This document shows, in pieces, positions 19,008 to 27,152 of a DNA stretch of 32,000 nucleotides (position 1 is its first letter; each line of letters opens with the position of its first letter). The notes beneath the pieces are model-generated. The model saw only the letters and a program-made list of their open reading frames with translations, ran no database searches and was not told the origin of the DNA. The stretch lies in NCBI RefSeq assembly GCF_059730245.1, contig NZ_AP029605.1; one strand, written 5' to 3'. The translations under genes were made by a program, and so were the position numbers.

Positions 19008-20063
19008 ATGGCTAATGGTATTGAATTTAATCATAATCCCGCATCTGTTTTTAATTCTAATTCATTAGATTTTGAATTAGAATCTCAGCAATTAACGCAA
19101 AAAAATTCTTCTAATATTTCTTCGCCATTAATAAATTTGCAAAATGAATTAGCAATGATTACTAGTTCATCGCTTTCTGAAACGATTGAAGGGCTAAGCC
19201 TGGGATATCGCAAAGGTAGCGCAAGGAAAGAAGAGGAAGGCACGACAATCGAGAAGCTGCTCAATGATATGCAAGAGCTGCTTACTCTTACCGATAGTGA
19301 TAAAATAAAAGAACTATCATTAAAAAACAGCGGGCTGCTGGAACAACACGATCCTACTTTGGCGATGTTTGGCAACATGCCAAAGGGGGAAATTGTTGCG
19401 CTAATATCTTCTTTATTGCAATCTAAGTTTGTTAAGATTGAATTAAAAAAGAAATATGCCAGGTTATTATTAGATTTATTAGGCGAAGATGATTGGGAGC
19501 TGGCTCTGCTTTCCTGGTTAGGGGTGGGTGAGTTAAATCAGGAAGGTATCCAGAAGATCAAGAAGCTTTATGAAAAGGCTAAGGACGAGGACTCTGAAAA
19601 CGGAGCCTCTTTACTTGACTGGTTTATGGAGATCAAGGATCTTCCTGAGCGTGAAAAGCACTTAAAGGTTATTATTAGGGCGCTATCGTTCGATCTGTCT
19701 TATATGTCTTCTTTTGAAGACAAGGTAAGAACATCTTCAATTATTAGTGATTTATGTCGGATAATCATTTTTTTATCACTTAATAACTATACGGATATTA
19801 TTGCAATCTCCATTAAGAAAGATAAAGATGTCATTTTAAATGAAGTGCTATCTATTATTGAACATGTATGGTTAACAGAAGACTGGCTACTGGAGAGCCC
19901 TTCTCGGGTATCGATTGTCGAAGATAAACATGTTTATTATTTCCATTTATTGAAAGAATTTTTTGCATCATTACCAGATGCTTGTTTTATTGATAACGAA
20001 CAGAGGGATAATACATTATTAATGATTGGTAAAGTAATTGATTATAAGGAGGATGTTGTGTGA
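19008..20063 (+). CDS. sepL: SepL, gatekeeper of translocator/effector switch, 351 aa
   Basis: MANGIEFNHNPASVFNSNSLDFELESQQLTQKNSSNISS...; first gene of LEE4, directly upstream of espA. Confidence 0.94.
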   Translation: MANGIEFNHNPASVFNSNSLDFELESQQLTQKNSSNISSPLINLQNELAMITSSSLSETIEGLSLGYRKGSARKEEEGTTIEKLLNDMQELLTLTDSDKIKELSLKNSGLLEQHDPTLAMFGNMPKGEIVALISSLLQSKFVKIELKKKYARLLLDLLGEDDWELALLSWLGVGELNQEGIQKIKKLYEKAKDEDSENGASLLDWFMEIKDLPEREKHLKVIIRALSFDLSYMSSFEDKVRTSSIISDLCRIIIFLSLNNYTDIIAISIKKDKDVILNEVLSIIEHVWLTEDWLLESPSRVSIVEDKHVYYFHLLKEFFASLPDACFIDNEQRDNTLLMIGKVIDYKEDVV

Positions 20064-20111
20064 TTTAATTATTTTTTAATGAATATTTTTAAACTTATTA
20101 AGAGGTATATA

Positions 20112-20684
20112 ATGGATAATTCAGTTACATCATCAATTTCTAGTGCGAGTACTTCGACATCGATGACCTATGATTTAGGGAACATGTCGAAAGATGAAGT
20201 TGTTGAGCTGTTTAAAAAAGTTGGCGTATTTCAGGCTGCGCTTATCATGTTTGCTTATATGTACCAGGCACAAAGCGAGCTATCTATTGCTACATATGCA
20301 GACATGAATGAGTCATCTAAGGAATCCACCGAGGCACAAAAAATGGCCAATTTGGTGGATGCCAAGATCGCTGAAGTTCAGTCTAGTTCGGAAAAGGATA
20401 AAAAGGTCAAACTTCCTGACGAAGTAATTAGTTATATTCAAGATTCACGAAATGGGATTTCCGTAAGTAGTGATATTGACATCACCAAAGAGTTGGGTGC
20501 TGGTGACCTGCAAACCGTAAAAGCTGCTATTTCAGCAAAAGCAAATAACCTGACAACGACGGTGAATAATAACCAGCTTACGTTGCAGCAAATGTCTAAT
20601 ACGCTGAATTTATTAACAAATGCTCGTTCAGATATGCAGTCGTTGCAATATCGAACTATTCAGGCAATAAGTTTTGGTAAATAA
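20112..20684 (+). CDS. espA: EspA, translocon filament protein, 190 aa (preferred start 20112, track start 20079)
   Basis: MDNSVTSSISSASTSTSMTYDLGNMSKDEV...; conserved C-terminus NQLTLQQMSNTLNLLTNARSDMQSLQYRTIQAISFGK. Confidence 0.95.
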   Translation: MDNSVTSSISSASTSTSMTYDLGNMSKDEVVELFKKVGVFQAALIMFAYMYQAQSELSIATYADMNESSKESTEAQKMANLVDAKIAEVQSSSEKDKKVKLPDEVISYIQDSRNGISVSSDIDITKELGAGDLQTVKAAISAKANNLTTTVNNNQLTLQQMSNTLNLLTNARSDMQSLQYRTIQAISFGK

Positions 20685-20696
20685 CAGGAGATAACC

Positions 20697-21836
20697 ATGC
20701 TTGAGACAAAAAGCGATATCCTGTCTACAACCTCAGGGGCTAATAGCACTACGTTTATTTCAGATATCACTCAATCTGAGCGGACTTCAACGCTGGATTT
20801 TCAACTGGTTAAATCCAGCGTTGCGTCAGTAAGTAAGGCTGATACTGGCATTTTACCGGTACCCCCGGCGGGTCATGCATTAGTAACCCCATCTGCTGCT
20901 GAAGATATTCTGAGCAAACTTTTTGGCGGCATCAGTGGTGATGTTATTAGTCGCACTGGTGAGACAGAATCACAGAGTAGTACACGAAGTACAACTGGCT
21001 ATCCTTATCTTTCTCAGGTGAATAACGTTGACCCTCAGGCCATGATGATGATGGCCACTCTGTTATCCCTGGATGCCTCAGCGCAGAGAGTTGCGAGTAT
21101 GAAAAACTCCAACGAGATCTACGCGGATGGACAAAATAAAGCGCTGGATAATAAAACGCTGGAGTTTAAAAAGCAGCTCGAAGAACAACAAAAAGCCGAA
21201 GAGAAAGCACAAAAAAGTAAAATTGTTGGTCAGGTCTTTGGTTGGTTAGGGGTTGCAGCAACTGCTATTGCAGCTATTTTTAACCCGGCACTCTGGGCTG
21301 TTGTTGCTATTAGTGCAACAGCAATGGCACTGCAAACTGCAGTTGATGTTATGGGCGATGATGCTCCACAGGCGTTAAAAACAGCAGCGCAAGCTTTTGG
21401 CGGTCTATCTCTTGCCGCAGGTATTCTGACAGCCGGCATTGGCGGGGTGTCTTCACTTATATCTAAAGTTGGCGATGTCGCTAACAAAGTTGGTTCAAAC
21501 ATCGTAAAAGTAGTCACTACGCTGGCCGACACTTTTGTTGAAAATGTTGCATCGAAAATTTCGGCAGTGGCAAATGGTTTAACTACTTCTTCGCGCTCTA
21601 TTGGTACAACTGTGCTGAATAATGACGCAGCGTATTATAATGTGTTATCACAGGTTTCTGCTTTTGCTGTGGAAAATTTAACTCGACAAAGTGAGTACTT
21701 AAGTCAGAGTGCGAAGGCAGAGCTGGAAAAAGCTACTCTCGAGCTGCAAAACCAGGCGAATTATATACAGAGTGCTTCTCAGCTGATGTCTGATTCTGCG
21801 CGAGTGAATAGCCGTATTGTCAGCGGTCGAGTTTAA
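20697..21836 (+). CDS. espD: EspD, translocon pore protein, 379 aa
   Basis: MLETKSDILSTTSGANSTTFISDITQSERTSTLDFQLVKSS...; hydrophobic TM segments; position between espA and espB. Confidence 0.96.
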   Translation: MLETKSDILSTTSGANSTTFISDITQSERTSTLDFQLVKSSVASVSKADTGILPVPPAGHALVTPSAAEDILSKLFGGISGDVISRTGETESQSSTRSTTGYPYLSQVNNVDPQAMMMMATLLSLDASAQRVASMKNSNEIYADGQNKALDNKTLEFKKQLEEQQKAEEKAQKSKIVGQVFGWLGVAATAIAAIFNPALWAVVAISATAMALQTAVDVMGDDAPQALKTAAQAFGGLSLAAGILTAGIGGVSSLISKVGDVANKVGSNIVKVVTTLADTFVENVASKISAVANGLTTSSRSIGTTVLNNDAAYYNVLSQVSAFAVENLTRQSEYLSQSAKAELEKATLELQNQANYIQSASQLMSDSARVNSRIVSGRV

Positions 21837-21856
21837 TTATTAAAGAGGCGTTTATT

Positions 21857-22822
21857 ATGAATACTATCGATAATAACAATGCGGCAATCGCAGTTAATTC
21901 TGTTTTGAGCAGCACGACTGACAGCACCAGTTCAACAACTACATCAACTTCGTCAATCAGTTCATCTTTACTTACTGATGGCAGAGTGGATATTTCTAAA
22001 CTTCTGCTGGAGGTTCAAAAACTGTTGCGTGAGATGGTCACCACATTGCAAGATTATCTTCAGAAGCAATTGGCGCAAAGCTATGACATCCAAAAAGCCG
22101 TTTTTGAGAGCCAAAATAAAGCTATTGATGAGAAAAAAGCCGGTGCGACAGCCGCTCTGATTGGTGGTGCTATCTCATCTGTCCTGGGGATTTTAGGCTC
22201 TTTTGCTGCCATTAATAGCGCAACTAAAGGCGCGAGTGATGTCGCTCAGCAAGCCGCTTCTACTTCTGCGAAGTCTATCGGTACAGTCTCTGAAGCTTCA
22301 ACTAAAGCACTGGCGAAGGCTTCCGAAGGTATTGCAGATGCAGCAGATGATGCAGCTGGCGCAATGCAGCAAACTATCGCGACAGCTGCAAAAGCGGCCA
22401 GTCGTACATCCGGTATCACTGATGATGTTGCTACTTCGGCTCAGAAAGCTTCTCAGGTAGCTGAAGAGGCTGCTGATGCTGCTCAAGAATTAGCACAGAA
22501 GGCAGGATTATTAAGTCGCTTTACTGCTGCTGCCGGAAGGATTTCCGGTTCAACGCCATTTATTGTTGTTACCAGCCTTGCTGAAGGTACGAAAACATTG
22601 CCAACAACGATATCTGAATCTGTCAAGTCCAATCATGATATCAATGAGCAGCGTGCTAAATCTGTAGAAAATCTTCAGGCGTCGAATTTAGATACCTACA
22701 AACAGGATGTTCGCAGAGCGCAGGATGATATCTCTAGCCGTCTACGTGATATGACAACGACAGCCCGTGATCTTACTGACCTTATTAATCGCATGGGGCA
22801 AGCGGCTCGCTTAGCTGGGTAA
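21857..22822 (+). CDS. espB: EspB, translocon pore protein/effector, 321 aa
   Basis: MNTIDNNNAAIAVNSVLSSTTDSTSSTTTSTSSISSSLLTDGRVDISKLLLEVQKLLREMVTTLQ... Confidence 0.96.
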   Translation: MNTIDNNNAAIAVNSVLSSTTDSTSSTTTSTSSISSSLLTDGRVDISKLLLEVQKLLREMVTTLQDYLQKQLAQSYDIQKAVFESQNKAIDEKKAGATAALIGGAISSVLGILGSFAAINSATKGASDVAQQAASTSAKSIGTVSEASTKALAKASEGIADAADDAAGAMQQTIATAAKAASRTSGITDDVATSAQKASQVAEEAADAAQELAQKAGLLSRFTAAAGRISGSTPFIVVTSLAEGTKTLPTTISESVKSNHDINEQRAKSVENLQASNLDTYKQDVRRAQDDISSRLRDMTTTARDLTDLINRMGQAARLAG

Positions 22823-22828
22823 TTGATC

Positions 22829-23236
22829 ATGGTCGATACGTTTAATGATGAAGTGTTTAATTACTATCTTGAACAAAAAGGGTACACAATACAGAAGGAG
22901 TTTCTTTGTGGCAGTGCCTTTTTTATCGGATGGCGGATTGAGACACCTTTTTTTTCATTAGCGTACAGACTGGATGAACAAGAACTGATTTTGTGCTCTT
23001 TTGAAGCACGTAACCAAACAGGGCTTAACGGCCCTGTTTTATCACTGACTCGTTTGCTCGAAGAGTTGTATCACCACTTTTCGGGTATTAAGAAAATCAG
23101 TGCGATGAAATCTAAGATTGGTTCAGATTCAGAACGTCAAAAGCGCGAAGAGTTGTTTAATTACTTCATCAGAAAGGGTGCCGTGCAGCAAGAAACAGAA
23201 GACGGAATTTGGTTCGTAATGAACGTAAATAGTTAA
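22829..23236 (+). CDS. cesD2: CesD2, chaperone of EspD, 135 aa
   Basis: ATG at 22829 gives MVDTFNDEVFNYYLEQKGYTIQKEFLCGSAFFIGWRIE...; the track start 22823 is a TTG. Confidence 0.93.
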   Translation: MVDTFNDEVFNYYLEQKGYTIQKEFLCGSAFFIGWRIETPFFSLAYRLDEQELILCSFEARNQTGLNGPVLSLTRLLEELYHHFSGIKKISAMKSKIGSDSERQKREELFNYFIRKGAVQQETEDGIWFVMNVNS

Positions 23237-23270
23237 AAAAATTATTTTATTAACTTCTGAGGGAAATTTA

Positions 23271-23492
23271 ATGAATTTATCTGAAATTACTCAACAAATG
23301 GGTGAAGTAGGTAAAACGCTGAGCGATTCTGTGCCAGAGTTACTTAATAGCACCGATTTGGTTAATGACCCTGAAAAAATGTTAGAGTTGCAGTTTGCGG
23401 TTCAGCAATATTCTGCTTATGTTAACGTAGAAAGTGGAATGTTGAAAACGATAAAAGATCTGGTCTCAACCATTTCTAACCGTAGTTTTTAA
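23271..23492 (+). CDS. escF: EscF, T3SS needle subunit, 73 aa
   Basis: MNLSEITQQMGEVGKTLSDSVPELLNSTDLVNDPEKMLELQFAVQQYSAYVNVESGMLKTIKDLVSTISNRSF. Confidence 0.97.
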   Translation: MNLSEITQQMGEVGKTLSDSVPELLNSTDLVNDPEKMLELQFAVQQYSAYVNVESGMLKTIKDLVSTISNRSF

Positions 23493-23497
23493 TTTTT

Positions 23498-23776
23498 ATG
23501 GTTAATGATATTTCTGCTAATAAGATACTGGTGTGGGCGGCTGTAGCTGCGGCAAACCATAAGCTTCCCAAATATGCGGAAGCTATCCTGAATGTATTCC
23601 CACAAATTATACCTGATAAAAAAGATATCGCACATTTAGAATTTATTATCTTATTTGGATTAAATAGAAAAAATGATGCGATAAAGGCTTTGGAGGGCTG
23701 TATGGATGATGAGTCGAGTCAGTTATTGTACAGTTTGGTCCATGAGAATGTTAGTGGTTGGGTACGAGGATTTTAA
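23498..23776 (+). CDS. escG: EscG (Orf29), EscF co-chaperone, 92 aa
   Basis: Position between escF and espF; expected length; TPR-like small protein. Confidence 0.9.
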   Translation: MVNDISANKILVWAAVAAANHKLPKYAEAILNVFPQIIPDKKDIAHLEFIILFGLNRKNDAIKALEGCMDDESSQLLYSLVHENVSGWVRGF

Positions 23777-23860
23777 TTTATTTTGATTTAAAAATCATTT
23801 TATTATTCGTTTTGATATATATGAGAGTTAGCCAAGATTAGATATAAAGAGGCATAAATT

Positions 23861-24475
23861 ATGCTTAATGGAATTAGTAACGCTGCTTCTACACTAGGGC
23901 GGTAGCTTGTAGGTATCGCAAGTCGAGTGAGCTCTGCGGGGGGAACTGGATTTTCTGTAGCCCCTCAGGCTGTTCGTCTTACTCCGGTGAGAGTTCATTC
24001 CCCCTTTTCTCCAGGTTCGTCGAATGTTAATGCGAGAACGATTTTTAATGTGAGTAGCCAGGTGACTTCATTTACTCCCTCTCGTCCGGCACCGCCGCCA
24101 CCGACAAGTGGACAGGCATCCGGGTCTGCCGGGCTACCGCCCATTGCGCAGGCATTAAAAAATCATTTAGCTGCCTATGAGCTATTGAAAATTTCTGAGA
24201 CTTCAAGCTTTAAGCCAGTCCGTCCGGCACCGCCGCCACCAACAAGCGGCCAGACATCTGGGTCTGCTGGGCTACCGCCCATTGCACAGGCATTAAAAAA
24301 TCATTTAGCTGCCTATGAGCAATCGAAAATTTCTGAGACTTCAGGCTTTAAGCCGGCCCGTCCGGCACCGCCGCCACCGACAAGTGGACAGGCATCCGGG
24401 TCTGCCGGACTACCGCCCATTGCACAGGCATTAAAAAATCATTTAGCTGCCTATGAGCAATCGAAGAAAGGATAA
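23861..24475 (+). pseudogene. espF: espF interrupted by an in-frame amber codon at codon 15 (TAG at 23903-23905); otherwise open to the normal C-terminus
   Basis: From ATG 23861: MLNGISNAASTLGR*LVGIASRVSSAGGTGFSVAPQAVRLTPV... The frame before and after TAG matches recalled EspF, with Gln(CAG) expected at the stop. The track ORF 23927-24475 starts at an internal in-frame GTG. Confidence 0.88.
24083..24472 (+). repeat. EspF proline-rich repeats: two full 46-aa (138-bp) units and a third 38-aa unit
   Basis: Units at 24083-24220, 24221-24358, 24359-24472, each RPAPPPPTSGQ(A/T)SGSAGLPPIAQALKNHLAAYE... Confidence 0.93.
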
Positions 24476-24524
24476 CCAACTAATTTAAAACGATTAATCG
24501 GTATTGATTATTTGTTTTCCAACT

Positions 24525-24584
24525 AATAAAAACCGATATCAAACTGTGTGGCAATAAATGTGATTAGTAATATCGGTTTTTATT
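24525..24584. terminator. Long inverted repeat downstream of espF, probable end-of-LEE4 terminator
   Basis: Left arm aataaaaaccgatat (24525-24539) is the exact reverse complement of right arm atatcggtttttatt (24570-24584); 30-nt loop; T-rich 3' arm. Confidence 0.6.
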
Positions 24585-24710
24585 GGAGGGGTAATAAATA
24601 ATGTATTATTATACGGTGAAAGTGGAGAAAGAGACGTTTTGTTAAAAGCGCACAGAGCTCAAAAGTCTGTTCGCTATTGATTGTGATAATCTGAAAGGCA
24701 GTAAACTCAG

Positions 24711-25085
24711 GTATACTGGCAATAGCGGACACCACCATTTGTTCTTTTTTTGCGCAGTTATCTGGTTATATTTTTCCTGAAGGCTACCAGGGAGATATTC
24801 CCCAGACGGGAGTGGCGGCGCTGATGGTTGTAGAAAATCTCAATGTATTTCCGTATTACTTAGATGGCTTCATCCCGGTTATTAAAACGATAGTTTCATT
24901 CTTCAGCGTTTACTATAAGTTTTTCATTGAGGTGTTGTCGTAACGGTTACCTTTACGCGGCATGGATGTTTTCAGACCAAACCGCTCCTGTATAGCCCGG
25001 TAATCGTGTGTGCAGTACTGCGAACCACGATTGGAGTGGTGGATTAGCCCGACTGGTGGGCGTTGCATTTCCCGGCGTTACCATA
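24711..25085 (-). mobile_element. Degenerate IS3-family transposase OrfB remnant (3' part of gene plus probable IS end)
   Basis: Minus-strand translation gives ...RREMQRPPVGLIHHSNRGSQYCTHDYRAIQERFGLKTSMPRKGNRYDNTSMKNL* and, after a frameshift, FNNRDEAI*VIRKYIEIFYNHQRRHSRLGNISLVAFRKNI, characteristic of the DDE C-terminal half of IS3-family OrfB. Boundaries are approximate. Confidence 0.82.
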
Positions 25086-25373
25086 CGTTTTTGCTGCCCA
25101 CGTAGTTTCCTGTCCGCACCGATTTTGAGATTTTTCCTGATATCCTCAATGCCCCCTTGTATAACAAAGATGCTGTTAAAAACCATTGTTATGTATTACC
25201 TTTTTCCTATTATGGGAGGCTAATATTTCAAGAGGAAATAATACCCCCTAAAGTATCCCCAAAAGCAACTTGATACAGGTTGAGTCGATTGATCTCTGGA
25301 CACAAAGAAAGCCTGATATATAAGGGATTAGAAGGGGTTTTGTTAACGTCGGGAGAGTTCAGAAGAGGCATTT

Positions 25374-25468
25374 TGGCGGAAGATCACAGGAGTCGAACCT
25401 GCCCGGGACCGCTGGCGGCCCCAACTGGATTTGAAGTCCAGCCGCCTCACCGGAGACGACGATCTTCC
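25374..25468 (-). tRNA. selC: tRNA-Sec (anticodon TCA), LEE integration locus
   Basis: Reverse complement GGAAGATCGTCGTCTCCGGTGAGGCGGCTGGACTTCAAATCCAGTTGGGGCCGCCAGCGGTCCCGGGCAGGTTCGACTCCTGTGATCTTCCGCCA; 95 nt, encoded CCA. Confidence 0.98.
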
Positions 25469-25760
25469 GCGCCTCGATTGCTACATGGAGGCGGGGCGCA
25501 TTATAGCTACTTCCTTGAGTTTCTACATCCCCCAGATCAGTTTTTTCCGCCTAATACACGCAGCGTATTATCACGAAAACATTATAGTTCATATAAAACT
25601 CATATTTTACAATGATATATGAGCGAAATTAACGCCACCACGATCACATAAAACAAGAATCATAAATTAATAACCAGATATCGGAATATTCGCTCTCGCA
25701 GGGATGGTTTACAAAATGCGTTATCGGTCTCAGCACCCCTATAGCATCAAGGAAAAGCAG

Positions 25761-27143
25761 ATGAAGAGTGAAGTGTTGTCCGTTAAAGAGAAAATTGGTT
25801 ATGGCATGGGAGACGCCGCCAGCCACATTATTTTCGATAACGTAATGTTATATATGATGTTCTTTTATACCGATATTTTTGGCATTCCTGCCGGATTTGT
25901 CGGAACCATGTTTTTGGTCGCTCGTGCACTGGATGCGATTTCCGATCCTTGCATGGGGTTGTTGGCCGATCGAACGCGCTCTCGCTGGGGTAAATTTCGT
26001 CCGTGGGTACTGTTTGGCGCACTGCCATTCGGGATCGTCTGTGTACTGGCCTATAGCACGCCAGATCTCAGTATGAACGGAAAAATGATTTATGCAGCAA
26101 TTACTTACACTCTACTTACCTTACTTTATACCATCGTCAATATCCCTTACTGCGCATTGGGTGGTGTAATCACCAATGACCCGACTCAGCGTATCTCGCT
26201 GCAATCCTGGCGTTTTGTGCTGGCGACCGCGGGAGGCATGCTCTCTACTGTTCTGATGATGCCACTGGTTAATTTAATTGGTGGTGATAATAAACCACTC
26301 GGTTTCCAGGGCGGTATCGCGGTCCTTTCCGTGGTGGCATTTATGATGCTGGCATTCTGTTTCTTCACCACTAAAGAACGCGTTGAAGCACCACCTACAA
26401 CGACGTCTATGCGGGATGATTTACGTGATATCTGGCAAAACGACCAGTGGCGTATTGTCGGTTTCCTGACAATTTTCAATATTCTGGCGGTGTGCGTACG
26501 CGGTGGAGCGATGATGTATTACGTCACATGGATTTTGGGTACGCCGGAAGTGTTTGTCGCTTTTCTCACCACTTATTGCGTGGGTAACCTGATTGGTTCC
26601 GCACTGGCAAAACCGCTGACCGACTGGAAATGTAAAGTCACTATCTTCTGGTGGACGAACGCCCTGCTGGCAGTGATTAGCCTCGCGATGTTCTTTGTTC
26701 CTATGCAGGCCAGCATCACCATGTTTGTCTTCATCTTCGTGATTGGTGTGTTGCATCAACTGGTGACACCTATCCAGTGGGTAATGATGTCCGATACCGT
26801 CGACTACGGCGAGTGGTGCAATGGTAAACGCCTGACCGGGATCAGTTTTGCTGGCACGCTGTTTGTGCTCAAACTGGGGTTGGCCTTCGGTGGTGCCCTT
26901 ATCGGCTGGATGCTGGCTTATGGCGGATATGATGCGGCAGAAAAAGCGCAGAACAGCGTCACAATTAGCATCATTATCGCGCTATTCACGATTGTTCCGG
27001 CGATCTGTTACTTACTGAGCGCGATTATCGCTAAACGCTACTACTCGCTCACGACGCGCAATCTGAAAACCGTTATGGAACAGCTGGCGCAGGGCAAACG
27101 CCGTTGCCAGCAACAATTCACCTCTCAAGAAGTGCAGAACTAA
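25761..27143 (+). CDS. yicJ: YicJ, GPH-family glycoside/cation symporter, 460 aa (track start at 25704 is upstream)
   Basis: MKSEVLSVKEKIGYGMGDAASHIIFDNVMLYMMFFYTDIFGIPAGFVGTMFLVARALDAISDP; GPH symporter family; adjacent to yicI and selC as in E. coli. Confidence 0.95.
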   Translation: MKSEVLSVKEKIGYGMGDAASHIIFDNVMLYMMFFYTDIFGIPAGFVGTMFLVARALDAISDPCMGLLADRTRSRWGKFRPWVLFGALPFGIVCVLAYSTPDLSMNGKMIYAAITYTLLTLLYTIVNIPYCALGGVITNDPTQRISLQSWRFVLATAGGMLSTVLMMPLVNLIGGDNKPLGFQGGIAVLSVVAFMMLAFCFFTTKERVEAPPTTTSMRDDLRDIWQNDQWRIVGFLTIFNILAVCVRGGAMMYYVTWILGTPEVFVAFLTTYCVGNLIGSALAKPLTDWKCKVTIFWWTNALLAVISLAMFFVPMQASITMFVFIFVIGVLHQLVTPIQWVMMSDTVDYGEWCNGKRLTGISFAGTLFVLKLGLAFGGALIGWMLAYGGYDAAEKAQNSVTISIIIALFTIVPAICYLLSAIIAKRYYSLTTRNLKTVMEQLAQGKRRCQQQFTSQEVQN

Positions 27144-27152
27144 GGAACGGCA

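Noticed and set aside
21978-22486. Alternate-frame ORFs inside espB (21978..22160, 22203..22460, 22298..22486)
   Set aside because: Shadow ORFs of the repetitive Ala/Ser-rich espB coding sequence; the EspB frame accounts for the region.
23927-24475. Track ORF of 182 aa starting MSSAGGTG, as a complete stand-alone gene
   Set aside because: It starts at an internal GTG with no evident SD. The upstream in-frame sequence from ATG 23861 encodes the conserved EspF N-terminus up to the TAG, so it is the distal part of an interrupted espF.
24695-24943. 82-codon plus-strand open frame (KAVNSGILAIADTTICSFFAQLSGY...), briefly considered as a small phage or membrane protein
   Set aside because: It has no plausible ATG near its 5' end. 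The opposite strand reads as IS3-family OrfB (YIEIFYNHQRRHSRLGNIS), so the plus-strand frame is an antisense artefact.
24953-25223. Track ORFs 24953..25186 (-) and 25008..25223 (+)
   Set aside because: They overlap the IS3-family remnant in wrong frames or strand, with no recognisable protein family.
25280-25622. Track ORFs crossing selC (25280..25615 and 25431..25622)
   Set aside because: They run across a structural tRNA gene and its flanks; no protein homology expected.
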